In this document: positions 51,670 to 64,000 of the stretch, piece by piece | Layout of the letters: each line of letters opens with the position of its first letter | How positions within the stretch are numbered: the first letter of the stretch is position 1 | Assembly (NCBI GenBank): GCA_029246505.1 | Contig: JAQWNC010000015.1 | Coordinates: 147,662-211,661 of the forward strand | Direction of reading: 5' to 3' | Length of the DNA: 64,000 nucleotides | Source of the DNA: Arenicellaceae bacterium | GTDB lineage: Bacteria > Pseudomonadota > Gammaproteobacteria > Arenicellales > Arenicellaceae | Notes under the pieces: generated by a model | The model's database searches: none | The model's input: the letters and a program-made list of their open reading frames with translations, nothing else | What the model was told of the DNA's origin: nothing | Translations under genes and position numbers: made by a program

Positions 51670-51996
51670 GTGGGTAGAAGAGTATTCGACACGTTTGGAG
51701 CCAAGGATGAAGAATTAGATGGGCTTCGAAGGGCCCTAAACGAGGCAAGTATAGAGTTTTATGAGACGTATGCTGGCTTCTGGGGAGTTGGAACCCCCGC
51801 GATTTGGATACATGATTCGGAGCAGTTCGAATATGCCAGACATGTTATTTCTGAATTTGAAGAAAACTGGAGTAAAACGTTCGCTGTAGATAATAGATCA
51901 TATCTGGCACAAGTTAATTGGAAAATGCTGCCTTTATTGATTTTATTATTAGCAGCAGTAGTTTGGATGTGTTTGGCTTTTTTTCGCTTTACTTAA
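51670..51996 (+). CDS. Hypothetical protein with a C-terminal TM anchor
   Basis: 108 aa with a GTG start. Soluble N-terminal domain and C-terminal helix LPLLILLLAAVVWMCLAFF. No family recognised. Confidence 0.45.
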   Translation: MGRRVFDTFGAKDEELDGLRRALNEASIEFYETYAGFWGVGTPAIWIHDSEQFEYARHVISEFEENWSKTFAVDNRSYLAQVNWKMLPLLILLLAAVVWMCLAFFRFT

Positions 51997-52107
51997 ACTT
52001 TCTGGGCTATTCGAATGTTAATCGATGAGCCAATTTAGTCCGTTTGCCGGTTGTCTGTGTTTTAATTGCTGCATTAGAAAATCTGACTAATTTCCTCTTT
52101 TAAAATA

Positions 52108-53190
52108 ATGTCCAAATTTTGGAATGATCGAGTTAATGTACTGACACCGTATGTTCCTGGAGAACAAACGCAGGACGCCACATTACTTAAATTGAATACG
52201 AACGAAAGTCCCTATAGCTCGTCACCGGAGGCGCTTAAGGAAATTAGTTTGGCTATTGGCGGCACGTTATCGAAATACCCCGACCCGAACGCGCATCATT
52301 TATGCGAAAGTATCGGTAAGTTTTACTCTCTAAAAACAGAGCAAATATTTGTTGGTAACGGTTCAGATGAAGTTTTGGCGCATATTTTTGGTGGTTTGTT
52401 TAAAAATACGGGCGCAGTTTTGTCGCCCGAAATCACGTACGAGTTTTACCCAATTTATTGTCGGTACTTTGGTTTGGAGTATCGAGCGGTGCCACTTTTA
52501 GGTGATTTTTCCGTTGATGTACGTTTATTTGGCAGCCCACCGGATAGCATAGGTGGAATCATATTAGCTAATCCTAATGCATCTACCGGGGTGGCACTGG
52601 GTATTGATGGTATACGTAATTTATTGTTGGCGAATCCCGAAACTACGGTGGTTATTGATGAAGCGTATGTTGATTTTGGGACAGAATCTGCTGTTACTTT
52701 GTTGCCGGAGCATTCAAATTTAGTGATTGTTCAGACCTGTTCCAAGTCGCGAGGACTGGCCGGGTTGAGGGTTGGTTTCGCGTTGAGCTCGGTTGATATG
52801 ATTGAAGGCTTAACTCGTATGAAGAATAGTTTTAATTCCTACCCCCTAGATCAGCTAGCGCAAGTTGGTGCGGCAGCAGCATTTGCCGATATCCCATATT
52901 TTGAAGAAACTAGAAATAAAGTTATAGCTACGCGTGAAAAATTTACCATTGACATAAAAATGGCAGGTTATGAAGTTATTCCATCGAGGGCAAATTTTAT
53001 ATTAGCTCGTCACCCCAATCATGATGGTGCAGTGTTTAGTCGTCAATTGAGGGCGCGTGGTATTTTAGTCCGATATTTATCAGGCGAAAAGTTGGCCCCG
53101 TTTGTTCGAGTAACCATTGGTACAGATCAGCAGATGGAGCATGTTAAAAAAGTATTTCGCGACTTGAATGGTTTGTCGAATGACGAGTAA
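52108..53190 (+). CDS. hisC: Histidinol-phosphate aminotransferase-like class II PLP aminotransferase
   Basis: 360 aa. LNTNESPY, ILANPNASTG and the PLP-lysine region CSKSRGLAGLRVGF match the HisC pattern. It could instead be an aromatic or other HisC-family paralog. Confidence 0.75.
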   Translation: MSKFWNDRVNVLTPYVPGEQTQDATLLKLNTNESPYSSSPEALKEISLAIGGTLSKYPDPNAHHLCESIGKFYSLKTEQIFVGNGSDEVLAHIFGGLFKNTGAVLSPEITYEFYPIYCRYFGLEYRAVPLLGDFSVDVRLFGSPPDSIGGIILANPNASTGVALGIDGIRNLLLANPETTVVIDEAYVDFGTESAVTLLPEHSNLVIVQTCSKSRGLAGLRVGFALSSVDMIEGLTRMKNSFNSYPLDQLAQVGAAAAFADIPYFEETRNKVIATREKFTIDIKMAGYEVIPSRANFILARHPNHDGAVFSRQLRARGILVRYLSGEKLAPFVRVTIGTDQQMEHVKKVFRDLNGLSNDE

Positions 53191-53854
53191 GGACGAGGCG
53201 CGCTCTCTTCTGAATCATTATGCAAACGAAGTTGGTTTTGACGGTGGGCAAGAAGGTCGGCTATTTGAATTTGTGTCCCTGCTGCGGCAGTGGAATGGTA
53301 CTCATAATTTGACGTCTATTGTAGACTGGTCTGAAATGGTGGTGCTACATGTGTTCGATGCGCTAACGTTGCTGCCATTTATACATGGGAAGTCTTTTCT
53401 AGATGTCGGAAGCGGCGCGGGTATTCCCGGCATACCATTGGCAATAGCGCGCGCTGACTTACAGGTACATTCAATAGACAGTCGGCGAAAGAAAATACAG
53501 TTTCAGATTTTAGCTAGACATGCTTTGGGGATAAAAAACTTCTATCCAATCCATAGCCGAGTTGAGCAATATCCGTCAGTGGAAAAATTTGATACGCTCG
53601 CGTGCCGCGCATTTTCTTCGCTAGAAAAGTTTGTGGCAAGCAGCACTAATTTGTGTAAACCGAGCGGTAGATTGCTTGCGATGAAAGGTGCTTATCCTAC
53701 CGAAGAGCTGGGACAGTTGAATCCAGATATCGTAGATGTGGTGGCTGTTCATGAGCTGCGTATTCCGGGGCACGTTTCGACACAGAGGCACCTTATTGAG
53801 ATGCGGCTAGTAAATTCAAAATTAAACAAGGCAATTTTAAAGAATAAGGCATGA
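53180..53854 (+). CDS. rsmG: 16S rRNA (guanine527-N7)-methyltransferase RsmG (GidB)
   Basis: [13 protein letters not shown] motif [16 protein letters not shown] and RAF. The ATG at 53180 lies inside track ORF 53168..53854. Confidence 0.9.
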   Translation: MTSKDEARSLLNHYANEVGFDGGQEGRLFEFVSLLRQWNGTHNLTSIVDWSEMVVLHVFDALTLLPFIHGKSFLDVGSGAGIPGIPLAIARADLQVHSIDSRRKKIQFQILARHALGIKNFYPIHSRVEQYPSVEKFDTLACRAFSSLEKFVASSTNLCKPSGRLLAMKGAYPTEELGQLNPDIVDVVAVHELRIPGHVSTQRHLIEMRLVNSKLNKAILKNKA

Positions 53855-54630
53855 GTGAACAAGCCAGAGTTATCGCAATCACTAACCAGAAGGGGGGTGT
53901 TGGAAAAACCACTACGGCGATTAATTTGGCAGCGACCCTAGCAAACGCAAAAAAACGTGTGCTAATGGTAGATATAGACCCCCAAGGTAACGGCAGTGTT
54001 GGGCTCGGTGCTCATCCAGACCCCGCAGAAAATACGATTTATCCAGTGCTATTGGAGCAAAGAGATTTGGTTGATGTGATAATTAACACGGATTCTGGTG
54101 TAGATGTGGCTGCAGCGAACGGTGACCTTACTGGCGCGCAGGTCGAGCTGCTGCACGAAATTGGTCGAGAAATGAGACTTAAATCCGTGCTTGCCCCGGT
54201 ATTGGATAAATATGATTATATTTTTATTGATTGTCCACCTGCCCTGAACGTGTTGACGGTGAACGCGTTGGTGGCTGCGGAGTGTGTAATAATACCTATG
54301 CAGTGCGAGTACTTTGCGCTCGAAGGATTAAGCTCGTTGGTCGCTACGGTGCGTAAAATTAGAGTGGCGCTAAATCCTGGATTAAAGATTGATGGGTTGG
54401 TGCGAACGATGTTTGATACCCGCAATAGTTTGGCAAATGAAGTATCTAATCAATTACTTCACCACTTCGGTTCCACAGTTTACGATACGATTATTCCACG
54501 AAATGTTCGTTTGGCAGAAGCACCTAGTTATGGAAAACCAGTTATTATGTACGATCCATCTTCAAAGGGTGCGAAGGCATACGTTCGTCTCGCAAAAGAG
54601 TTCAATGCTAGAGAGGCAAAGAAGGCATGA
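53851..54630 (+). CDS. parA: Chromosome partitioning ATPase ParA (Soj)
   Basis: 259 aa. Deviant Walker [20 protein letters not shown] and [17 protein letters not shown]. Confidence 0.95.
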   Translation: MSEQARVIAITNQKGGVGKTTTAINLAATLANAKKRVLMVDIDPQGNGSVGLGAHPDPAENTIYPVLLEQRDLVDVIINTDSGVDVAAANGDLTGAQVELLHEIGREMRLKSVLAPVLDKYDYIFIDCPPALNVLTVNALVAAECVIIPMQCEYFALEGLSSLVATVRKIRVALNPGLKIDGLVRTMFDTRNSLANEVSNQLLHHFGSTVYDTIIPRNVRLAEAPSYGKPVIMYDPSSKGAKAYVRLAKEFNAREAKKA

Positions 54631-55484
54631 GTTCAACTACTAAGCGCTTAGGTCGAGGGCTGGATGTCCTGTTAGGAGATTTGCCCGGCGTGGCGATCGA
54701 TAGCGAACTGAAAACATTAGCAATAGAAAAGTTGCAGCGTGGCCAGTATCAGCCGCGCTCACAAATGAATAAAGAGTCTTTGCAAGAGCTTGCGGATTCG
54801 ATTCGGTCGCAAGGGATTCTGCAACCGATTATTGTTCGGCCAATAGGGCAGGATATATTTGAAATAATAGCTGGGGAGCGCCGCTGGCGGGCAGCCCAGC
54901 TTGCCGAATTGGCGAACGTGCCAGTGTTAGTGAAAGAAATTCCTGACAAAGCAGCTCTAGCCGTAGCGTTGATCGAAAATATCCAAAGAGAGAACCTTAG
55001 CCCGATTGAAGAGGCGGTTGGTTTGCAGCGGTTGGTCGAAGAGTTTGGTTTGACTCATGAAAAGGCGGCCATGCTTGTCGGCCGATCACGGGCGGCGGTA
55101 AGTAATTTGATGCGATTGTTGTCGCTAGGGGATGTTGCTCGAGAGTTGTTGGAACAAGGTAAAATTGAAATGGGACACGGGCGCGCTTTGCTAGCGCTTC
55201 CAATACGGGACCAGGACTCTGCCGCTCGGGAGGTCTATGCCAAGCAACTATCAGTTCGTCAGGCTGAACAACTTGTCAGAGCATACGATAAAAAATCAGC
55301 GGACAAAGGCGCTAGCTCTAAAGTAGATGTTAATTTGAGCAGGTTACAACAAGCATTGTCGGAAATTCTTGGTGCAAAGGTGAGCCTTCAGGGGCAAGGA
55401 GAAAAAGGTAAATTAGTGATTTCTTACAGTAGCCTGGAGCAGTTGGATGGGGTTTTGGAGAAGTTGGGATACACCGACAACTAA
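54627..55484 (+). CDS. parB: Chromosome partitioning protein ParB (Spo0J)
   Basis: 285 aa. [46 protein letters not shown] and [14 protein letters not shown]. Confidence 0.95.
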   Translation: MSSTTKRLGRGLDVLLGDLPGVAIDSELKTLAIEKLQRGQYQPRSQMNKESLQELADSIRSQGILQPIIVRPIGQDIFEIIAGERRWRAAQLAELANVPVLVKEIPDKAALAVALIENIQRENLSPIEEAVGLQRLVEEFGLTHEKAAMLVGRSRAAVSNLMRLLSLGDVARELLEQGKIEMGHGRALLALPIRDQDSAAREVYAKQLSVRQAEQLVRAYDKKSADKGASSKVDVNLSRLQQALSEILGAKVSLQGQGEKGKLVISYSSLEQLDGVLEKLGYTDN

Positions 55485-55533
55485 CTAATTTAACAATGGA
55501 TTTTTTACTTGAGTTCAACACGTATTTTGGCTG

Positions 55534-55562
55534 TTGACCATCAGATAACTGCACACTATACT
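55534..55562 (+). promoter_or_regulatory. Candidate sigma70 promoter of the atp operon
   Basis: TTGACC (55534-55539), a 17-nt spacer, then TATACT (55557-55562), 66 nt upstream of atpI. Confidence 0.5.
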
Positions 55563-55627
55563 CGCGGCCCCGAAATAGCCGATTTATCGGTTATATCTGG
55601 CTTGGCGAGATAAATGTCTGGGAAACA

Positions 55628-55993
55628 ATGCGGATCTATCCGTTGATTAAAAAGGGCATGGTTCAGGGAGCACGACGGTGCTTGTTGGCACAGTTGATTA
55701 CAATTTCTATAGCTGCAGGTGGGCTATGGTTGGTGTGTGGGGTTCCGTCTTTTCAGGCCTCGGTTTATGGTGGGCTGCTGGGGATGTTAAACACGTTCAT
55801 TCTCGCGCGGCGAGTAAATCGTGGGAATGCTGCGGAAGACTTGCTGTTTCATGCTCGGTTAGGGCAGTTTGAACGATTGGTAGTAACGATCGTTTTTTTG
55901 GTGCTAGCGTTTCTGAGTTTGGATTTGCTGCCGTTACCACTGGTTTTAACTATGTCGTTAACGTACCTTGGCTATTTTTTTACTGATAAGTAA
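55628..55993 (+). CDS. atpI: F-type ATP synthase protein I
   Basis: 121-aa small hydrophobic protein at the head of the atp operon. Confidence 0.8.
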   Translation: MRIYPLIKKGMVQGARRCLLAQLITISIAAGGLWLVCGVPSFQASVYGGLLGMLNTFILARRVNRGNAAEDLLFHARLGQFERLVVTIVFLVLAFLSLDLLPLPLVLTMSLTYLGYFFTDK

Positions 55994-56081
55994 ACGAAAA
56001 GATACTGAAATGAATAGGCCGACACTTACTAGTTTGTTTTGGCCTATTCACCGCACTAAGTAAATAGAACATTTAAATTGA

Positions 56082-56996
<915 letters not shown>

Positions 56997-57050
56997 AGGC
57001 CGGTGTGAGGGCATCGTTTTTACATTTTTAATTTTAACGTTCAACAATAA

Positions 57051-57299
<249 letters not shown>

Positions 57300-57399
57300 A
57301 AGGCGCTTATTTGTAAGGATGTGTTTGTGCTCAGTTGAAGACCTTCAGCAGCGAAGCGCTTCTGTCCGCGGCTTTTTTAGATAGTAAAGAGGAACTAAG

Positions 57400-57879
57400 A
57401 TGAATATCAATATGACGCTGGTACTCCAGATGGTGGTATTTGGCTTATTTTGGTGGTTTTCCAAAAAGTATGTTTGGGTACCCATCATGCAGGCCCTAGA
57501 TGAGCGTAAAAAAGGAATTGCAGACTCACTGTCGGCCGCAGAGCGCGCTAAAACCGATCAGGAAGACGCCCAAAAAAATGCTGATAAATTCATTACTGAA
57601 GCCAAAGATCAGGCCGCAGATATTGTCGCAAAAGCCGAAAAACGGGGCAGCACGGTGGTTGAAGAAGCTAAATATTCGGCGAAAGCCGAAGGCAGTCGCA
57701 TTGTGACTGCGGCGCAGGCGGAAGTTGATCAACAAGTCAATCGTGCTCGAGAAGCTCTTCGCGGTGAAGTTGCTGCGTTAGCCGCAGCTGGTGCGTCGAA
57801 AATTCTTGGTAAAGAGATTGACGCTAAATCACATGCGAAGTTAATAGATGAATTGGTCAGCGAGATTAAGGTGGGGTAG
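57400..57879 (+). CDS. atpF: F0F1 ATP synthase subunit b
   Basis: 159 aa. N-terminal TM helix followed by a long charged helix, in the expected operon position. Confidence 0.92.
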   Translation: MNINMTLVLQMVVFGLFWWFSKKYVWVPIMQALDERKKGIADSLSAAERAKTDQEDAQKNADKFITEAKDQAADIVAKAEKRGSTVVEEAKYSAKAEGSRIVTAAQAEVDQQVNRAREALRGEVAALAAAGASKILGKEIDAKSHAKLIDELVSEIKVG

Positions 57880-57881
57880 TA

Positions 57882-58418
57882 ATGAGCGTTTCTGTTTCAA
57901 TTGCCCGACCATATGCGCAGGCTATTTTTGAGCTGGCTAAAGAGAGTAATGCATTTGATGAGTGGCTTGAGGGCCTGACAACGGCTGCGGCCGTTGCTGA
58001 AGACCGGGAGATTGCAGTGTTGGTTGCAGACCCAGCGTTTAGCGGTGATCGTTTGCAAGCTTTGCTTTTTGATATTTGTGGTGGCAGTTTGCCGGCAGGC
58101 GGAGATAATTTTTTGAAATTGCTAGTGCAAAATGATCGAGTGGAATCATTGCCTGGCATCGCGACACAGTTTGCAGAGTTAGTCGACATAGAACGTAAAA
58201 CAGTGACCGCAGAGGTGGTGTCCGCTCAACAATTGACGGATAAGCAACGGAAAAGCCTCCTTGGCGCGTTGGAGGGACGGCTGGGTCGTACAGTAAGCCT
58301 TAGTGAGTCGGTAGATGAAACTTTGGTAGGCGGGGCAGTCGTGAGAGCTGGTGATCTGGTCATTGATGGTTCTGCGTTAGGTGGGGCCGGTAAGCTCGCA
58401 ATAGTATTAGCACGGTAA
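57882..58418 (+). CDS. atpH: F0F1 ATP synthase subunit delta
   Basis: 178 aa. ARPYAQAIFELA is the OSCP/delta N-terminal signature. Confidence 0.92.
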   Translation: MSVSVSIARPYAQAIFELAKESNAFDEWLEGLTTAAAVAEDREIAVLVADPAFSGDRLQALLFDICGGSLPAGGDNFLKLLVQNDRVESLPGIATQFAELVDIERKTVTAEVVSAQQLTDKQRKSLLGALEGRLGRTVSLSESVDETLVGGAVVRAGDLVIDGSALGGAGKLAIVLAR

Positions 58419-58476
58419 AGTATTTAGATTCAGTTTGTATACATAAGTTCGATATAACAGCTTAGGACAACACGTC

Positions 58477-60024
58477 ATGACAACACAACTTAACCCATCT
58501 GAAATCAGCGAACTGATTAAAGACCGGATAAAGAATTTTGATGCTTCAGCAGAGGCGCGAACAGAAGGCACGGTCGTTGGTTTGAGCGATGGTATTGCTT
58601 TGATTCATGGCCTCGCAGATGCGATGGCCGGTGAAATGCTTGAATTTCCTGGAGGGGTGTTCGGTTTAGCATTGAACCTTAAGCAAGACTCGGTCGGTGC
58701 AGTAATTCTAGGTGATTACAAGCATATAACCGAGGGTGATACGGTCACTTGTACCGGCCGAATACTTGAAGTACCCGTTGGTGAAAACTTGCTGGGTCGA
58801 GTTGTCAATTCGCTTGGCGAACCGATAGATGGAAATGGACCTATAGATGCGACTAGTTTTGAGCCAATTGAAAAAGTTGCCCCTGGAGTGATTGCGCGGC
58901 AGTCGGTAGATCAGCCGATGCAAACCGGGTTGAAGTCAATCGATGCGATGGTGCCGATTGGTCGAGGCCAACGTGAACTGATTATTGGTGACCGGCAAAC
59001 AGGGAAAACCGCGGTAGCGATTGACGCCATCATTAATCAAAAAGGTACCGGCGTTAAATGCATATATGTCGCGATTGGCCAGAAGGCATCTTCGGTGGCA
59101 AGTGTTGTGCGGAAACTTGAAGATCATGGTGCGATGGCACATACAATTGTTGTTGCCGCGAATGCTTCAGATTCAGCGGCAATGCAGTACATTGCTCCGT
59201 ACTCAGGTTGTGCTATGGGTGAATACTTTCGCGACAAGGGTGAAGATGCGCTGATCGTTTATGATGATTTAACTAAGCAAGCCTGGGCCTACCGTCAGGT
59301 TTCCTTGTTATTACGCCGTCCGCCAGGACGTGAAGCCTATCCCGGTGATGTGTTTTATTTGCACTCTAGATTACTTGAAAGAGCTGCCCGGATTAACGAG
59401 AATTACGTTGAAAAACTGACCGGTGGCAAAGTAAAAGGCAAAACTGGTTCATTGACAGCGTTGCCTATTATTGAAACTCAAGGCGGTGACGTATCTGCTT
59501 TCGTGCCAACGAACGTAATTTCTATTACAGATGGCCAAATATTTTTGGAGTCTGATTTATTTAATGCGGGCATTAGACCGGCGATCAACGCCGGTCTATC
59601 AGTTTCTCGAGTAGGTGGGGCTGCGCAAACAAATATTATTAAAAAGTTGGGTGGAGGAGTTCGTTTGGCGCTAGCTCAATACCGTGAGCTAGCGGCATTT
59701 TCACAATTTGCATCGGATCTAGATGAAGCTACCCGCAAGCAGCTTGAGCGTGGTGAGCGAGTGATGGAACTGATGAAGCAAAATCAATATTCGCCTATGT
59801 CAGTGTCGGGGATGGCGCTATCGTTATATGCTGTAGAGAATGGTTATTTCGACGACGTTGAAGTTAATAAAATCGTTGCATGCGAAACTGCGATGCAGGC
59901 GTATGTGATTGATAATGCAGGCGACTTATTGGGCGGGATTGAACAATCGCCGAAGTTAAGCGACGAAGTGAAAAAGCAGCTGGACGCAGCGCTCAAAGAT
60001 TTTAAGGTTAATGGCGCGTGGTAA
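58477..60024 (+). CDS. atpA: F0F1 ATP synthase subunit alpha
   Basis: 515 aa. Walker [10 protein letters not shown], plus [22 protein letters not shown]. Confidence 0.97.
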   Translation: MTTQLNPSEISELIKDRIKNFDASAEARTEGTVVGLSDGIALIHGLADAMAGEMLEFPGGVFGLALNLKQDSVGAVILGDYKHITEGDTVTCTGRILEVPVGENLLGRVVNSLGEPIDGNGPIDATSFEPIEKVAPGVIARQSVDQPMQTGLKSIDAMVPIGRGQRELIIGDRQTGKTAVAIDAIINQKGTGVKCIYVAIGQKASSVASVVRKLEDHGAMAHTIVVAANASDSAAMQYIAPYSGCAMGEYFRDKGEDALIVYDDLTKQAWAYRQVSLLLRRPPGREAYPGDVFYLHSRLLERAARINENYVEKLTGGKVKGKTGSLTALPIIETQGGDVSAFVPTNVISITDGQIFLESDLFNAGIRPAINAGLSVSRVGGAAQTNIIKKLGGGVRLALAQYRELAAFSQFASDLDEATRKQLERGERVMELMKQNQYSPMSVSGMALSLYAVENGYFDDVEVNKIVACETAMQAYVIDNAGDLLGGIEQSPKLSDEVKKQLDAALKDFKVNGAW

Positions 60025-60038
60025 ACGAGGATTAATCG

Positions 60039-60905
60039 ATGTCAGGCGCTAAAGAAATTCGTGGCAAGATCAAGAGCGTACAGAATACGCAAAAGATTAC
60101 TAAAGCCATGGAAATGGTTGCAGCCAGTAAAATGCGCAAGGCCAAGGATCGTATGCTAGCGGCTCGACCGTATGCAGAAAAAATTCGTTCTGTTGTTGCG
60201 CATATGGCCCGAGCGAATTTGGAATATCGTCATCCGTTCACCGTTGAGCGCGATGTAAAACGCGTTGGTTATATAGTTGTTACTTCAGACAGAGGCCTTT
60301 GTGGGGGATTGAACACTAATCTGCTACGAGCTTTGGTACGTGATGCAGCCGACTGGGACAGCAAAGGCACAGAGATTGATATCGCTACGATTGGCTCAAA
60401 AGCGGTTGGCTTTCTTCGTCGGTATGGTGCGAATGTGGTTTCCGACGTTTCGCATTTGGGTGATCATCCCAATATGGTGGATCTTCTAGGCGCTATCAAA
60501 GTCATGCTTGACGCTTACATGGTTGGCAAGATTGATCGATTGTATTTAGCTTCAAACGAATTTGTAAACACCATGACTCAAGCACCTGTATTTAAACAAG
60601 TGTTGCCGATAGAGCGTGTCGAAGCAGATGCAGATATACTGCCGACGCATTGGGATTATTTGTATGAGCCAGAGTCCAAAGTGGTTCTTGATACGGTATT
60701 AAAACGCTATGTTGAATCCCAAATTTATCAAGGTGTGGTTGAAAATTTTGCGTGTGAGCAATCTGCGCGAATGGTAGCAATGAAAGCTGCTACAGATAAT
60801 GCGGGTGGTCTAATAGACGACTTGGAAATGGTTTATAACAAGGCCCGACAGTCAGCAATTACCCAGGAAATTTCTGAGATTGTTGGTGGCGCGGCTGCTG
60901 TCTAA
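60039..60905 (+). CDS. atpG: F0F1 ATP synthase subunit gamma
   Basis: 288 aa. [31 protein letters not shown] and C-terminal [15 protein letters not shown]. Confidence 0.96.
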   Translation: MSGAKEIRGKIKSVQNTQKITKAMEMVAASKMRKAKDRMLAARPYAEKIRSVVAHMARANLEYRHPFTVERDVKRVGYIVVTSDRGLCGGLNTNLLRALVRDAADWDSKGTEIDIATIGSKAVGFLRRYGANVVSDVSHLGDHPNMVDLLGAIKVMLDAYMVGKIDRLYLASNEFVNTMTQAPVFKQVLPIERVEADADILPTHWDYLYEPESKVVLDTVLKRYVESQIYQGVVENFACEQSARMVAMKAATDNAGGLIDDLEMVYNKARQSAITQEISEIVGGAAAV

Positions 60906-60925
60906 AAATTTATTCGAAAAGGTAA

Positions 60926-62320
<1,395 letters not shown>

Positions 62321-62323
62321 GTC

Positions 62324-62743
62324 ATGGCTACTAGCATGCAAGTTGAAGTGGTTAGTGCCGAGCGCGAGATATTCTCTGGTGAGGCGACGATGCTGGTGGC
62401 TACTGGAATTGCTGGCGATCTTGGTATTATGCCTAACCACACGCCATTACTTACGCAGTTAAAGCCAGGCGATGTTCGTGTGTTTACGGAAAGCGGCGAA
62501 GAGCAAGTAATATACGTTTCAGGTGGCATACTGGAGGTTACTCCAAAAGTTGTTACTGTCTTATCTGACACTGCATTACGAGCCGAAGATTTAGATGAAG
62601 CCGCAGCGTTAGAGACACAGAAGCGAGCCCAACAAGCGTTAGCAGATAAAAAAGCTGATATTGAATGGGCCAAGGCGAGGGTTGAGCTTGCACAGGCTGC
62701 AGCACAATTAGCTGCTATTAGAAAGCTCAAAAGTCGTGGATAA
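62324..62743 (+). CDS. atpC: F0F1 ATP synthase subunit epsilon
   Basis: 139 aa. VEVVSAEREIFSGEA, GDLGIMPNHTPLLT and a C-terminal helical hairpin. Confidence 0.93.
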   Translation: MATSMQVEVVSAEREIFSGEATMLVATGIAGDLGIMPNHTPLLTQLKPGDVRVFTESGEEQVIYVSGGILEVTPKVVTVLSDTALRAEDLDEAAALETQKRAQQALADKKADIEWAKARVELAQAAAQLAAIRKLKSRG

Positions 62744-62792
62744 ATATATAGGTAGCTCAGAATCAAGCATTTAGGCAAACAGGTTAGCTGAG

Positions 62793-64000
62793 ATGATGCT
62801 TTTTATTGTCGTTACGGCCTTACTTGTAGCGCTTGCTATTTTTATTGCTGGGCCTCAACGATTACAATTAAAACGCGTTCTACCGCTTTGTATTGCAATA
62901 TCGGCAGTGATCTTCAAATTATGGTTAGTATCATGGCAAGATTTAATCGGTCATGGTACGGCCGGGCATGATGATTTTCTTTTTATTAAATTAGCTGCAT
63001 TTATAGCCGATGGGGAATGGCTTGGTGCATATGATCACCTGACCCTGATAAAAGGCCCCTTTTATTCTCTTTGGATGGTGTTTTTGTATGAGCTGGGGAT
63101 TCCTCTATTATTAGGGAATCAGCTGCTTTATACATTTGCTAGTATAATTGCGGTTATCTCACTTAGACCGGTGATCAAGTCTGATTGGGGTTTGCTAATT
63201 ATGTTTTTGGTGGTGTTATTTAATCCAATGACATTTAGTCTTGGACACGTTGCCAGAGTCGATCGGTTTGGGATATATCCCGCTCAAACATTACTAGTGC
63301 ATGCTTGTGCTGTAGGACTACTGCTGCGCTACTCGCAGACTTTGCGTGAGAATATTGGATGGTTCATTGGTTTGGGTGTTAGCCTCGGGTTGTTTTTAAT
63401 TACAAGAGAGGCTGCATTTTGGGTGTATCCGGGAATATTACTGATGGCTATCGTAATGATGTTTTTCCCCAGTCTTAAATTTGAAGCCTTCAGTAGGGAT
63501 AGATTGATTCCCTGGGCATTGGTCCTTTTGTTAGCAGTAATTCCATCGCAAATCATAAGCTTTGCCAATTGGAAGGCATATGAGTTTTGGGGTGTGACGG
63601 AATATGGAAACACTAGCTTCGCGAAGGCGTATGGAGCTTTAAATCGAGTGCTACCAAAATCTTTTAATATGCGAGTTCCGGTGAGTCAAGATAGTCGAGC
63701 GCTGGTTTATAAACAAAGTCCGGCCTTTGCTGAGCTTGAACCCCTACTAGAAGGATGGATTGGTGACTCTTGGTCACTAACTTCTGAAAGAGAGCTAGAG
63801 CAAGAAATGGAAGGTGAAATCGCAGGTGGTTGGTTTATGTGGGCACTACGTGATGCGGCTTTTTATAGTCTGAAGCATCAGTGGTTTGGCAAGTCAGAAG
63901 ATTTTTATCGGAGAGTCGCAGAAGAGACTAATACTGCGTGTGACGAGGGTCGACTGAACTGTTTGCCTGCGCGTAATTGGTTCGGGCCAGTGTTGAGTGG
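62793..64000 (+). CDS. Polytopic membrane protein, possibly GT-C-type glycosyltransferase-like; partial, runs off the right edge
   Basis: Absent from the ORF track because no stop lies in the window. The frame from ATG 62793 is open to base 64000: MMLFIVVTALLVALAIFIAGPQ...GTAGHDDFLFIKLAAFIADGEWLG...KGPFYSLWMVFLYELGIP... It has multiple TM helices followed by a soluble region. The family assignment is weak. Confidence 0.5.
   Translation, partial: MMLFIVVTALLVALAIFIAGPQRLQLKRVLPLCIAISAVIFKLWLVSWQDLIGHGTAGHDDFLFIKLAAFIADGEWLGAYDHLTLIKGPFYSLWMVFLYELGIPLLLGNQLLYTFASIIAVISLRPVIKSDWGLLIMFLVVLFNPMTFSLGHVARVDRFGIYPAQTLLVHACAVGLLLRYSQTLRENIGWFIGLGVSLGLFLITREAAFWVYPGILLMAIVMMFFPSLKFEAFSRDRLIPWALVLLLAVIPSQIISFANWKAYEFWGVTEYGNTSFAKAYGALNRVLPKSFNMRVPVSQDSRALVYKQSPAFAELEPLLEGWIGDSWSLTSERELEQEMEGEIAGGWFMWALRDAAFYSLKHQWFGKSEDFYRRVAEETNTACDEGRLNCLPARNWFGPVLS

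Overview
This window is an origin-proximal stretch of core chromosome from a moderately AT-rich gammaproteobacterium. All identifications were made by eye from the translations and motifs, with no database search. The backbone is gyrB-dnaN-dnaA on the minus strand, diverging from rpmH-rnpA-yidD-yidC-mnmE, then mnmG, then rsmG-parA-parB-atpIBEFHAGDC on the plus strand. Other housekeeping blocks are ubiE-ubiJ-ubiB, iscR-sufBCDS-DUF59, hemB, hemW, thrH, hslR, a 6-phosphofructokinase, mtgA, envC-ctpA, rhodanese-secB-gpsA, mlaA and apaH-apaG. There are also two secreted metallopeptidases (M1 and M13) and several large membrane proteins of unclear function. I found no rRNA, tRNA, CRISPR array, IS element or obvious defence island. 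The strongest hidden signal is a secreted peroxiredoxin (15875..16417) that the ORF track splits in two. Its in-frame TGA aligns exactly with the peroxidatic Cys of a Cys-containing paralog in the same window (44385..44909). A perfect 7-bp hairpin follows 14 nt downstream, so this is a candidate selenocysteine peroxiredoxin with a SECIS element. Other points worth a second look:
- two inverted parS sites fill the dnaN-gyrB spacer where recF normally sits
- a DnaA-box cluster lies in the AT-rich dnaA-dnaN spacer
- a C11 homopolymer sits in a divergent promoter region
- two IscR type-1 boxes overlap a near-consensus promoter in front of iscR-suf
- a signal-peptide ORF is interrupted by an in-frame TAG
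- a 4.4-kb insertion separates mnmG from rsmG
- a 921-aa polytopic protein carries a degenerate spermidine-synthase-like core
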